A stretch of DNA of 64,000 nt, from contig JBBPEB010000030.1 of assembly GCA_039096225.1 (NCBI GenBank), forward strand, positions 682,001 through 746,000, read 5' to 3'. The number at the start of each line of letters is the position of its first letter. The stretch's first letter is position 1. A program made the position numbers and the translations under genes. Below, in pieces: positions 45,892-62,501 of the stretch. The notes beneath the pieces are model-generated. The model saw nothing but the letters and a program-made list of their open reading frames with translations, was not told the origin of the DNA and made no database searches. This stretch comes from Blastocystis sp. Blastoise. Taxonomy: Eukaryota > Protista > Bigyra: Opalinata.

Positions 45892-45981
45892 TTATCCTAC
45901 TAGGAATCGAACCCAGATCTCTTGAACAAAACTTGAGATAATTCAATAAGAACAAACGTACGCCCATTGTACTATAGAATA
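45892..45981 (-). tRNA. tRNA-like Pol III gene, 90 nt, with aberrant anticodon/variable region; identity undetermined
   Basis: Acceptor TATTCTA/TAGGATA, D arm GTAC-AATGGGC-GTAC, T arm CTGGG-TTCGATT-CCTAG, TTTTT terminator. 41 nt separate the D and T arms instead of 22-23. Confidence 0.7.
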
Positions 45982-46758
45982 ATCCTACTAAAATTAATAT
46001 AATTTTTTCATATAAGGCGTATTACTTTTTCATGTTTTATGCTTTATCTTACGTATTATGAATATATTTATTTTAATTTATGAATGAAAGAGAGTACCTA
46101 TTTATTAGTAATATTTTAGTCTGTTATTTAAAAAGAAAACAAATTACTTTTCAGTCTTTTTTGAAAAAAAAAATCAAAATCTTTATAAGACACGGTTGTA
46201 AAATCCTTACTATGATTTCTAATATCATATTAATTTGTGATAATCCGAATTATTTTTATAATGATGATCCAAAAATTTAATTATTGTCTATAAGAGGTTT
46301 TATTAATGTTGGAACTTGTGTATAAATCTAGATAATTAGCAATAGCATTATTATTAAAATTGTTGGATACTTTTATAAAACGAAAATCAACCAGAAATCT
46401 ATGAATTCTCAATTTTGAATTTACGGTTCTATTCCCTTATATAGAACGCTCATTAGAAACAATGAATTGCTTTTAAATACTACAGTTTGTAATCATATTA
46501 AATGTAATAACTATTAATATTCATGTCTTTCATCATTTATTTTGATAACTCCTATTTTACTAGAGCATAACACAATTACATTTCAACTTATTATAAACTC
46601 TACATGAATAAAGATGGAGTTTTATAAAAAATAAAAATAATCATGTTTTTATTTGATTTTTCTAGGGAAGAAACAGGATTCTACCCCAAAAACGAGATAT
46701 GAACATGATTCACGACGAACTTTGAATTTATCTGATTTTTCTAGTTGTTTGAATATAA

Positions 46759-48408
46759 ATGAAGGGTATTTTGTTAATTGGTATGCTTCTATATTGATTA
46801 TACCATAAGAGATGATATCAATTATATTTTTTTAGGTTTTTTCATAGCAGTCATTGTGGCTGCTAAGTGTCCTGCTCAAACTATAGGATTCTATACGTAT
46901 CCTGAAACTGAAGAAGGAAAGAATGTGACTTTGAAATGTGATCAACCTCAACTTTATGAAGGTAGTGTTACAAGATTATGTAAAACAGGTGGAGCTTGGG
47001 CTAATCCTCTTAATACTTGTGTACGTAATCGATGTCCTACACAGAGTTTGATTGGTAGTTCTATATGGCCTTCTACTCCTACTGGTGAAAATGTAACTGT
47101 TGGTTGTCATTGGGGTCAAATGGGTTATCAAACAAGACATTGTAATTTAGATAAGACTTGGGCTGAGCCTGTTAATAAATGTTACGAATGTAATTGTCCA
47201 GAAAATGTAGATGATGTATTTCACTTCACTTGGAGTAGTGGTATGTGTGATGTAGCTTATAATAAGAGAGTATGTCCTCAAGGATATGATGGATTCTATC
47301 AACGAGATTGTTCTCATGAAGGTAATTGGAATGCTGTTGTTAATTTATGTATTGAAAAAGCTTGTAATGCTGAAACTGATGGAGGTATTTTCTGGAATAA
47401 AACTACTTTTAATACAACTGCTATATCTAAATGTCCTTCTGGATATGATGGTAATATGACTCGTTTTTGTAATGTGAATTATTCTTGGGAAACACCTGTT
47501 AGTTTCTGTTCTCCTGCTGCTCCTTATATAGCTTATCCTGATTCTTTAATTTTAGGTAAAGTTAACTTTGTTTTTGATCCTATTAAACCTTCTTCTTTTG
47601 TCAATATTCATGGTACTACTGTTGCTTATGGATTACCTCCAGGTTTAATTATTAATCCTAAAAACGGATATATTACTGGTACACCTCTTCTTGGAGGTAG
47701 TTATCAAACAACAATTGTTGCAAAGAATGATCATGGCGAATATGAACAAATACTTCTTTTCTCTATTGTTGGTATGTCTTTTTTAGTTATTATTATTTTA
47801 TTTTTTTATTTATTATTATTATTATTTTTTATTTTCATTTATTATATTTATTTTTTTTTTATTTTCATTTTTTATTATTATTATTATTATTATTTTCATT
47901 TTTTATTATTTATTATTTTTTTTTATTTTCATTTTTTATTATTATTATTATTAAATATTTACATTTTATTATTTATTATAATGATAATATATATTTACAT
48001 TTTATTTATCATTTTTTATGAATTATGATTCTTTATAGTCTAAAACATATATATTAAAATTAATACTATTTTATATTTCTTATAGATATTTTATGTCGTG
48101 AAGACGGTTCCTTTGGTAATACAAAACCTGAGCAAACAGCTTCTTATAAATGTTTCTTAGGTATTGGTCAACCTTCTCGTAGTTGTGATGTTGATCAAGA
48201 GACAGGAGGTGCTATATGGAGTGAAACTTCAGGTAACTGCGCTGGAGATTGGTCTGTTCTTATTATTCTTATTGTAGTTATTGTAGCTCTTGTTGCCTTC
48301 GTTTTTATTAAACGTAGATCATTTACTATTCTTAAGAAAGCCAATAACACCATTCTTAATGGACAACATGATGCTCTTCTTGTAGAATCTAATTATTCTG
48401 GAATCTAA
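46759..48408 (+). CDS. Type I membrane protein with Cys/Trp hormone-receptor-motif (HRM)-like repeats and a putative Ig (He_PIG-like) domain; 3 exons
   Basis: Signal peptide; four C...W...C...G...R.C...W...C repeats; GLPPGLIINPKNGYITGTP; a further Cys repeat, TM helix and short tail. Confidence 0.8.
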
Positions 48409-48770
48409 TCATTGATTGGTTCTATAATGAGATTAATTGCTTCTATACAAAAGAAAATTTCTGTTATTATTTGTTTCTATACATATATATATTTTTTATA
48501 TGGATTTAATGTTTTTTCTTACTCTAATAAAAAATACGTGAATTCACATTTTATATTATATTTTTTTTATTATATATTTTTTATTTTGGTTTATTTAACA
48601 TTTATTATAAATGACATTCAAAACATATTTTTTTAGAAATATATTATTTAAAAATGAATTGAAAAAAGAAAAAAGAAGAATTTTTAAATAAAGACCGCGA
48701 AATTATTTTTATATTTTTCTATTCGATTCTATATTATTAATTTTTTTATTTCGTTGATTAACATATATAC

Positions 48771-51169
48771 ATGGATAAGTACTTGATACATGATACATTA
48801 TCAAAAACTTCGCAAGGAATTATGGCAAATCGTCAAAAAGCTTTGGCTAGGAGGCAAAAGCTTGTTGAAGATATAGGCATCAATAAACTTGTTCATAAGA
48901 TTGAAAATTCACATAAAGCAAAGCCAAAGGTTAAAAAGGAAACTCCTGTAGTAGAAAGTCGATATCCATTACGAAGCAAGGGTAAAATTGATTTAGAAAC
49001 AACAAATAGTGTACCTGAATTACCAAAAATAGAAGTTATCCCTGAAATCGTAATATAAATATAATAATATATATTAATTATTTATATAAATTGCTATATA
49101 TGAATGATACATAGTCTCTTGAAGGAGAACAACCTTTGAAAGTAGTTAATGAAGATGGATTCTCTCAAGAATTAGAAAGTTATTTACTAAAGAAACCTGA
49201 ACAACAAACATGTATATTGTATTGAATAAATAAATATATAAATATATATATATAATCTAGTAAATACTATGCCAATTACGGAATGGTCTCAAAAACCAGG
49301 AAGTTTTGGAATACGTAAGGTGTGTTCTGAAAGAATTTATTCTATATCATTCTGCCCAACTAATGCTGATATCTTAGTATTATTATATATATTAAGTGTA
49401 TCAAAAAATAATTTTATATGTATTTATGTATGTAGGTTGCTTGTGGTGATAAAACTGGTGAACTTGGCTTATGGAGACTGAATTCTACATATTCAAATAA
49501 TGAAGATTTATCTACTCAAGGAGATATTTGGAAAATAAAACTACATATGGCACCCATTAATAGGATTCGAAATGTATTTAATTCTATATATACATGTTCT
49601 TACGATGGTAGTATTAAATGTTTATATCCTGAAAAACATATTTCAAATGACGTCTTTTATCTGGATAATACCTTTCGTAAAGATGCGACTATATCTGATT
49701 TTATTAATATTAATAATGAAGAGCCTGTATTCTTTGCTACTATTAATAATGGGTATATTATACATATTCATATTATTTTATATGTTTTTTTTTATTTTGT
49801 TTTATAATCATTATTTTTATTATATATATATATATATTATATTGATTTATGTTTTTATTTTTATATTTATATAGAAGTCTTTCTCGTTTTGATACACGTG
49901 AACCGAATTCTAAGAACTCTTATAATATTAGTCTACATGAAAAGAAAATTAATACTGTATATATATATATTATTAGAGACATGTTTGTATATCAGTATAC
50001 TTTGTTTCATTTATTATTATTTTTTAACATTTTCATATATATATATTATATATATACTATTTCTTCTTCTCTCTATAGGTGTCTATACATCCCTCTCTTC
50101 CTCTGGTCGCTACAAGCTCTTTAGACCGAACTGTCTCCATTTGGGATTATAGACTGTTTAACCAATCAAAAACGAAATGTAAACCTCTCTATTCATATTC
50201 ATGTAAGAATTCTGTTAATGCAGCTTTCTTTGATCCTAAAGGTATATACTGTTATTAGTCTACTTATCCTCCTTTTTATTAATGAATATATTTATTAATT
50301 ATTTATATTTTTTTTTTTATTTATTAACTATTTTATTTATTTCTTATAACTCTGTTGTATATTTATTATACAATATATTTCTATATGAATTATTTTCTTA
50401 TTTAAACTATTCACAGGTGAATCCCTTGTTATTACTAGCTATGATGATACGTTCAAAATATTTGATATTAATCAATTAATTACTGTCAAAAGTATATATA
50501 TTTTTGTATTGTTTTTTATTTGGAGAATAATACAAATATACTGTACACAGTATATTTGTATTATTTATAAGTATTTATATTGAATGTATATATATATAGA
50601 TTCTAGTATTTTTTCATCCAAGTCTAAATCTGATTCTTATTCGCCATTTATTATTAAACATGATAATGATACAGGTATATAAATATATTATTATTATATC
50701 ACTATATATTATAAATATATCACTATATATTATTATTATAATATCACTATATTATTTGATCTTCTTTAATCAATCAACTATATATATATATAATCTTTAG
50801 GTAAATGGTTAAGTAAATTTCAAGCTAGTTTTTGTCCTTTATACTCTTCATCACAATCAGATTTATCTTATTATATTACTAGTGGCAGTATGACTTATCC
50901 TCGTTGTATTGATGTATGTCCTTTTTATTCATTTATATATACTATATATTAAACATATTTATTCTATATATATTTAACTATCTTTATGATTTATTTAGAT
51001 GTATAAAATATATAAGGAAGATAATAAAATACTATCAGAACATTTTACGTATAGACATGAATTATTAAACTCTGTACTATCCATTACAGATGTTCATCCT
51101 TATTACCCAGCTATTTGTGGAGGAAATTCTAGTGGACGTGTTGGGGTATTTATTGGAAATACAAAGTGA
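48771..51169 (+). CDS. WDR76: WD40 protein WDR76/Cmr1; about 10 exons
   Basis: KVCSERIYSISFCP, VACGDKTGELGLW, LHEKKINTVSIHP, HDNDTGKWLSKFQA, GGNSSGRV. Confidence 0.85.
50526..50565. repeat. Perfect 18-bp inverted repeat with 4-nt loop in a WDR76 intron
   Basis: AATAATACAAATATACTG-TACA-CAGTATATTTGTATTATT. Confidence 0.9.
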
Positions 51170-51643
51170 TATATAGAAACATGAAAAAATATGTTTTAGT
51201 GATCTTTTTTTTTGTATTTTAAAATTATTTTTCGTTTTCTAAACATATAATTATTCTACATCTTATTATTCAGTTGATCTGATGGAGATCAGCATATTTT
51301 CTTTTTATAAAAACATAAACAAAAAGGATAATCACGTGTAAAAACTTTTTTTATTCAATATCTTCACTTAAGTTGTGTTGAATAATAAGTTTTACTATGA
51401 TATGTCTTCACTAGGGTTCATTTTTTGAAATGAAGATAAACTAAATCCATTTTAAACAAAAAGATTCGATTTTTTTTTAAATACATGGGAAATTAGCCAT
51501 TCACACGGATATCGTTACGAAAAATTTTGAAAAAAACACTTTGTTAAAAAAAATTATGACAGTATTCTATTAATAATATATAGTATAGTACTTGTTTCTT
51601 TAAGCATTTCGTCATCGATTTGTTTTGAACACAATTGAAGACA

Positions 51644-54600
51644 ATGGGTAGTGCTGAAAGTCGTGAAAGGATCCAACCATTATGTAGTAATCCTGAAACA
51701 ATCTTCAAGATTGTCAGATATATTGGTCGTGGATCTTTTGGAAACGTCTATAAAGTTAAGAATAAAGAAACAAACTATGTTTATGCAGCAAAAATATTAA
51801 CTTATTCTGAATTCACGAAAATCTCTACGATTTCTGAGGAATTATTGGTGAATAGTTTAGTGAGTTCTTCTCATATTGTCAAATATTATGGAGCTTATGA
51901 TAATAGAGAAAAGAACGAAATTTGGATTATATTTGAGTATTGATTTTTTTATTTTTTTAAATTCTTATCTATAATTTATTTAATTATTTAGATATTGCAA
52001 TTATGGTTCAGTCGCAGAGATATTAAGATCCTATACACTTCCTGAACCTATTATTGCTCGTATTATTTTATCCGTTTTGAAAGCTCTTGATTATCTTCAT
52101 AATTTAGAAGATAAGATTATTCATCGAGATATTAAAGCTTCAAATATTCTCATGAAGATGAATGGTAAGGTGAAATTGGCTGATTTTGGAGTCAGTACAC
52201 GAATTGGAAAACAAGACAGTCTTATTGTCAATTTAGCCGGATCTTCAAGTTGGATGTCTCCTGTATAGAATTATAGTATTATTCAAGTTTATTTTATGTT
52301 TTTAATTTTAATTTATTAAAATAGCATATTTTTTATTATCTTATAATTGTTTTATTCATTTATTCATATTTATTAATTAATAAGAATTACTTATTATATA
52401 TTTATTTTATTATCTTATAATTGTTTTATTCATATACCAAAAGATCATACTAATATAAATATTATTACTATACCATTATATATGAATACTATATATATAT
52501 ATATATATAGGAAGTTCTATTAGATCATGAAATAAGCGCAAAGAGTGATATTTGGTCTATTGGTATTTTATGTATAGAATTATGTGAGGGAAACCCTCCT
52601 TTTTCTGGACTAACTCTAGAACAAATTAAAACTATGTATATATATATATATATAATGTTTATTTATTATTCTATATGTATATTCTATATAAAATATTCCT
52701 ACATAAATATATTATATATATTATAGAGTAAAAAAAGATATACATATTGGTTTATCATATCCTGAAAATTATTCAAAAGAACTAAGCCACTTTATATATC
52801 TGTATAAATATATATATATATATATATAATTATTTCTAATCATAATATTTTCTATTCTCTATTCTATTATAATGCTTCTAGTTGTCTTCAGCCCTCCAAA
52901 TATTCCCGCCCAAATGCATCTCAATTATTACTCCATCCATTTCTCACACATGCATGTACTAAAGACAGTCTCTGTGAATATCTTAAAAATCATCCTATTT
53001 ATAGAAGTATATATATATATATTTTTAAATAATTTTATTTATTATTTTTTTTATTTTTATATATTATTATATCTTTTTATTTGGAATATATATTATATTC
53101 TGATTATATATATATATTTTTTAAATAATTTTATTTATTATTTTTATTTTTTTTTATATATTATTATATCTTTTTATTTGGAATATATATTATATTCTGA
53201 TTATATATATATAGATTTTTTAAATAAATGTATTTATTATTTTGAATTTTTATTTTTTTAATATTTTATTATATTTTTTTATTTGGAATATATATTATAT
53301 TCTGATTATATATATAGATTTGCCTCATAACTATATTCCTACTTCAACTAGTATATATATATATATATATATATATATTCATTTATATATACATTGTCTA
53401 GATAAATTAATATAATTTTATTCTATATACATAATATTCTTTAGTTTATTCAACATTCTCATCCAGTTTTATGAGTCGTGATGATGATCAAAGAAAGTAT
53501 ATATATATATATATATATATATAATTTAACTGTATTCATTTTTTTTCTGTGATTTTCTATGTTTCTACTATTATAGTACTTCACAAGCAGTATCTATTAT
53601 TTCAGGATATCCACTTACTGATTTTTCCCGCCTTTCGTCTCCTCATTTCCTTCCTCCTCCTACTCCTACATATATACATACATCTACATCTATATCTCAT
53701 CCTTCTTCTTCTTCATTATCAATACCATTCTCTGAAGATCTATCTCATTCTATTCTTCCTCCTCTTCTTCCTATTTCAAAATCTACTTCTGTTCCTCCTT
53801 CTTCTTCTTTTATATCATCAACTTTACCTATAAATAACAATTCTAATAATAATAATTCTAATTTAATCATGAATAACAATTCTAATATCAATTCTAATCT
53901 AATTACTCATTATAATTCTATTAACAATTCTTCAAGTAATTCTAATGTATTTACGAACTATAAATCTAATCCAAATAATAGAATAGCACATGAAAACTCT
54001 GTGGGAAGTCCATGTGCTGATCCTTACCAGCACGTGCCTTCTCCATATATGTCTCCTTCGTCATTTCATGGACACAATTCTAATTTTCCTTCTACTAAAA
54101 ATGAATCTTCTTCTTCAACTAAATGTGTTGATTCTATTAGTGAAACAAACAAGAATGATATTACTACTCAAATGAGTACTATTCATAAGAATAATATTAA
54201 TAGTGGCATTAGTCCAATTAATGGTAAAGATGATAATACTATTAAAATTAATAATAAGAATAATAATATACAAAATAATATAAATAATTCACATACTACT
54301 AGTATTATTAATAGTAATCAAGATATACAAAATACTAATAATAATAGTAATAATAAAGAGTCTGATAAAACAACTATTACTAATGCAAATAATAATAATA
54401 ATAATAATAAAGATAATAATTGTAATAATAAAGAATCTAATAACACAACTATTCCAAATGACAATAATAATAATAATAGCAATGACAATCCAACACTATT
54501 TCGTTCTCTCTCTATTTCAACACAAGAAGATACAAATATAAGTATTAATTCTACAACAACAATTATTGATCTAAATGATATATCATTTACACCAACAAAT

Positions 54601-56332
54601 ATATCTACTCTTTCTAATAATATATACTCTACTTCATCTCTTTCTCCATCTTCTTCTTCTTATCCAGTTTCTATATCTCCTTATAATAATATCGCTATTA
54701 ATAAATTAAAAGAAAATTCAGATACAAATAATCAACTTCCACTAACAACTGTTGCTTTAGATATACATACAACATCATCCATCTCGAATCCATCAACAAT
54801 ATCTAGTAATATAAAAATTAAAGAAAATCAACAGAATATAGAGTCTATTTCTGATTCTATAATACCCGCTTCAGATGATGATATTATTCTAACGTATAAA
54901 AGAGGATCAAAATATTCTGTTTCTCCTCATCCTACTATAAAAACAAATACATCATTATCATCACCGACACATACTAATAATACAACATGTTTATCATCTC
55001 CTCCAACTAAATCTCCTATGTCTCTACAATCTCCTTCTTCTTATATGTCTATATCTTCGTATCCTGAAGATATTCCTAAATATCCTCTTTCTTTACATAC
55101 AAATCATAATGCATCAAAGGCTAATAAGAAATTCAATAAATATATTTCCAAAACACCTACAAATGAGAATTACTCAACAGTGGCTTATAAACAACATTCA
55201 ACTTCTATACAACATAATACTTCTTCCAAAAATAACGTTTCGACTTCTCTTTCTTCACCTAGTAATAAAGATAATAATAAAGATAATAATAAAGATAATA
55301 ATTATAATAATTATAAAGATAAAGATAATAATAATAATAATATACATAATAATAATAATGTTATTGAAAATGATAATAAAAATAAGGTGAGTTCTATAAC
55401 AAAACAGACTTCAAAGATTAAAAATCTTCTTTTTTCGTTTCATCATTCATCCAGTTTACCGAGCACGCCTACTTCGTCATCAGGACAGTATACTCGTCAT
55501 CCTTTGTCTTTATCAAAAGAACATTCTACAGGAAACTATTCACATCAAAATATATCTTCTTCTCCTTATCATTCTGATTCTATTCCAAATAATTCATATA
55601 TACATCAATCAACAGATGATTCTATACAGAAATATGTATCTTCAAATAATGATAACTTTATGAATCAAGAACCAATTTCTTATTCTCATATACCTTCTAA
55701 AAATACTTCTCAATCTATATTTCTTTATCCTCATGAACAAAGAACTATATATTCATCGGATGAATCATCTTATTCTCAATCTCCTTCTTATAAACAATAT
55801 AATCATTCCCCTTCTCTTGTGTCTCCTCCACGATCACAATCTCATCATAAAACTAAGCCCATATCACAATCATTACTTCCTTTATCTTCTTCTTCTTCTT
55901 CATCTTCATCTTCATCTTCATCTTCATCACCTACATTAGTAGAACTAAAGAATTCGAAGAATCAATGTATCATATCACCATCCAATCAATCTATTAATAT
56001 GAATCATTCAAAACCGATGTCACCATTAAAATTAAAGAATCATAAATCACATAGTTCATCTCTTTCATCTATATATGTTCCTCCTTATGCTTCTACTGTT
56101 TCTCCTATTACACCTACATCTATATTCCCATTTGATACATGTATTCAAGAAGATATTAAAGATGCTACCTTATCTACTACTCATTCTTCTCTTACTCCTA
56201 TCTCTCCTCTTGTCTCTATGGAATCAACCGTAGAGAATAATAATGATAAAGATAATAATAATAATAGTATTAAAGATAATAGTATTAAAGATAATAATGA
56301 CGAGAATAAAGATAATAAAGATAATAATAAAG

Positions 56333-56364
<32 letters not shown>

Positions 56365-56944
56365 GATAATAATAATAATAATAACGATAATAAAGATAAT
56401 AATAAATCTATTATTACTTCTCCTACTTCTTTTAAATCTATAAAGAAAATTGATTTACAATTAGAACCCAGTTCACAAGAAAAAACTCATTTATCAAAGC
56501 CTCTGTCGAATTCCCGCGGTTATCCAGGTCATCGATATAGTCGTTCTTGCCAAGTCTCATCTTCTTGCATAACATCATCCTCTATAAATGATAAAGAATC
56601 GAAAGAATATACACGTTTAAGAAGTAGTGGCAGTGGTACTATTTCATCTTATTCTATGCAAGGAGTAGTTTTAAGTGAACGATTTGGAAGTCCCCCTATG
56701 ACGCTCTCTAGCCGTTTAGGATCCCCCTCTTTTTCTTCCTTCTCTTTATCTGCTGATCCAGATATTAAGAATGGAGATAAATATTGTATACATATTATAT
56801 ATTATATATATATTATTATATATTATTATATATTATTATATATTATTATATATTATTATATATATTATATATTATTATATATTATTATATATTATATATA
56901 GATGATTTATCAAGTAGAGGTCCTTCATATACATTAGGTGATAG

Positions 56945-56978
<34 letters not shown>

Positions 56979-58139
56979 TATATATATATATATATTATAT
57001 ATATTTTATTATATATATTATATAGATACAGATTCGGATGATATGATAGAATATTATGGTATATATACATATATATTATATTATATATCTTATATATAGA
57101 TAGTGAAAGCGAAAGTGAGAGTGATAGATCTATTTACGATGTAGTACCTATTTCCCACGGGAATTCTGATTCTTATATAAAATCTAGTCCTCTTCTTTCG
57201 CCATATAATTCTAACGAACTGACTCACATTGAGAAACAGCCTTTTATTTTACCCTCTATTCATATATGTATATATAATATAATATATATTGTTCTAATAT
57301 ATTTATACTATATTTAAGTATATATATTTTATGATTATCTTTAGTGTCGTATATAAACTTTGAGAATATTCGATATATAAATGAATATAAAGAGAAATAT
57401 GAGTCTTTCTTACGATCTTTCTGTAAGGATTATAATCTTGATTATTCTCATTATTCGAGTCATTCTTCATTTCTTTTCCAGGATTATATCAATCTTTATC
57501 TAAAAAAAGATCTTGGATGTATATATATATATATTTTATTATATAGCATTTATTATATTCTTATATTTATATAGGTGAGAATGAAGACCAATTAAATGAT
57601 GGTATATATATATAAAATAGTATTAATATATATATATATATATAAATTATAAAGGATCATTCTATTCTCCCCTATATACAGAGTCTTTTATCCCTATTAT
57701 CCTGATTCCCTCGTCGATTCCCCATCCCGAGAGCGATAAGTTGGATAGTCTATTTACTGTATTCTCTAAACAACATTTTCAATATTTAAAAGGATTTTTC
57801 GATTCTATATGCTTTGGAACGGTTACTTCGGGAGATAGTATATATTATGTTATTCATAATTATATCATAATATATTAGTTTTATTTTGTTTTTATTTTTT
57901 TATCATAACATATTTATATCTCAATATATGCTTATTCCAATGTTATGTTTCTAGTATATACATTATTCCCCTGTTTATCCTCTCCTTCCTGGTGGATCTC
58001 TCAATGGGATATATATAAATACTGGATCTATAATGAAGCAGATTATGCACTCCAATTCCTTAATACATCAAACAGTATATATATATATTATTATTATTAT
58101 TATTATTTATTATTTATTTTTATTTATTTTTATTTATTT

Positions 58140-58186
<47 letters not shown>

Positions 58187-58665
58187 TCAAAGATTATTAA
58201 TTTTAATATATTATTTCTGTACGTTATTCTATTAGAATAAACGTTCTTTAGTTATACATATTTCATTTCATTTTAATATTATTATGCTAATTCTTTCCTT
58301 TCAATACTATATATATATAACATAATTCTATGAATATAGGTTCACTGTTTACGGGTCATTCTATAACAATTGAAGCCTCTATTCCTGCTTCTCTAAAGAA
58401 TACAGCCTCCATATTAACCAATGCATTCTCGTTAAAAGCATTCAAATCATCATTTATCACGGTTATTGAAACATTTCAATATGAACAATTCATCTCAAGG
58501 TATATATATATTTATAATAACAATATTTTTTATACTATATATATAATTATAATTCATTTTTAAAATATATATATTATAAACAACTATTATACTATCCATA
58601 TAATAATAATTCATTTTTTAAAATATATATATATATATAGTAAGTTGGGGATACAAAATGGTTAA
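51644..58665 (+). CDS. STE20-family Ser/Thr kinase with roughly 1100-aa low-complexity middle and an unknown C-terminal domain
   Basis: GRGSFG, AAK, HRDIKASN, DFG, WMSPE, DIWSIG. GT-AG exons continue in frame through the 1010-aa ORF to TAA at 58663-58665. MGSAES is a possible myristoylation signal. Confidence 0.8.
53010..53316. repeat. Intronic tandem repeat, about 95-100-nt unit x3
   Basis: TTTTTATTTGGAATATATATTATATTCTGATTATATATAT recurs three times within one kinase intron. Confidence 0.8.
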
Positions 58666-58670
58666 TAAAG

Positions 58671-58720
<50 letters not shown>

Positions 58721-59813
58721 TATTTTTATATTTTTGATTATGAATATAAATTTTATTTCTTCATTATATACACGTATATAATTATTATTATTATTCACTA
58801 CATTTAACATTATTTCATATATGTATATATATTTATATAATTTATATTTAAACAATTCACATATATATCTTTATACTCATTTTTCTTTGCCTGAGTATTT
58901 GTGTCATTTATCATGTATATATATATAAATATATTTCATATTTATACTACTTTTTCATAATATCTCTTTTTTTAATATTTATCTATATATATATATACCT
59001 ATATGTCATTCATATTAGTGCTGTTATATATATTTCTGTATTTATATTCATTTCTTTAAACTATATTAAAATAAATTATAAAAATAGCTTCTATTATTTA
59101 TAGCTCTTCTTTTATTTCTTCTATTTCTTCTATTTATATACTATTTATATATTAAAGATATTCTTTATATAAATATTTTCAATTTTCCTATTTCACACTT
59201 TATTTTTGTTATGAAACTTCATCTTATTTATGCGCGAAACATTTTTATATGTCATATTTTAATAGGATACTAGAATATTTATATATAATTCTTTCTTTAT
59301 ACATACATTTTTCTTATTGATCGCTAAGGATTTAATCTTCACAATATGCAATCAAATCTTGTTTGAGAACCTATCATTTATATTATAAATTCTATTCAGT
59401 TATCATAATCAAATTCTTTTATCAATTATTGTTTTTTACATTTTATACCCAAATCAATTCTAAGTATTTCATATATGTATATAAAATTCAAGCACATTTA
59501 TATGAATGCTAATAAAATTCAACGATTTTAGATCAATTATTTCCTAAAGAACTATAAATCTTCAAGTTTTTCTTACTATATTGTATCGAAATTAATTCAG
59601 TAAACACTCACAAACTATATATATGAATAAATCTTCATTATAAAAGATAACAATAAAAAACACTGGCTTCAAATGGATACTAAATATTATTCATGAGAAT
59701 TATATTACATTTTCTATATCACAGATAAAGTTAAAATATAAGTTCCTAATAAGGAATGATAATAAATAACAAAAAGAAATTAAAAAACACAATATATTTC
59801 TTTTGCTTCTAAC

Positions 59814-61951
<2,138 letters not shown>

Positions 61952-62297
61952 TACTATTTATATATATTTATTGTATATATTATTATTTCTGTTGAGACAA
62001 TATTTTATTATATTTGCTTGCGTTTATATCATAGTTTATATATATTATTAGCGACTTTTGTTATAAATTAATATGAGTATGAATTCTTTTATCGTATATA
62101 TATGTATATAACAAAACAAAGGTAGAAACAACCATTAAATAATGAAAAAGGAAAAAGGTAATAAAAACAATAAAAAGAATAGAAAAGAAGAGAAGAAAAG
62201 AAAACTACACGAAACGATAGACATAAAAATTTTTCATAAAACCCCATAAGAATGATGAATATACATGTGTATATATATGATTGAGAAGAGATTTGGT

Positions 62298-62455
62298 TTA
62301 TACTCGTCTTCCCATGATTAATTCTGCAGTAAGGAACATGATAGCGGCATTAGGGACAACACGGAGTACATGTGCATAACAACCAGCATATAGAGCTTTA
62401 AGACCTTCTTCTTTATATATAGTAACAAAACAATTCCAAAGACCTTTATATTTAA

Positions 62456-62501
<46 letters not shown>

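Noticed and set aside
45892-45982. tRNA-Sec or ochre-suppressor call for the tRNA-like gene
   Set aside because: A 9/4 fold is possible, but TCA is not in the anticodon position and G73 is absent. The TTA reading lacks U33 and R37, and TAA is the main stop codon here.
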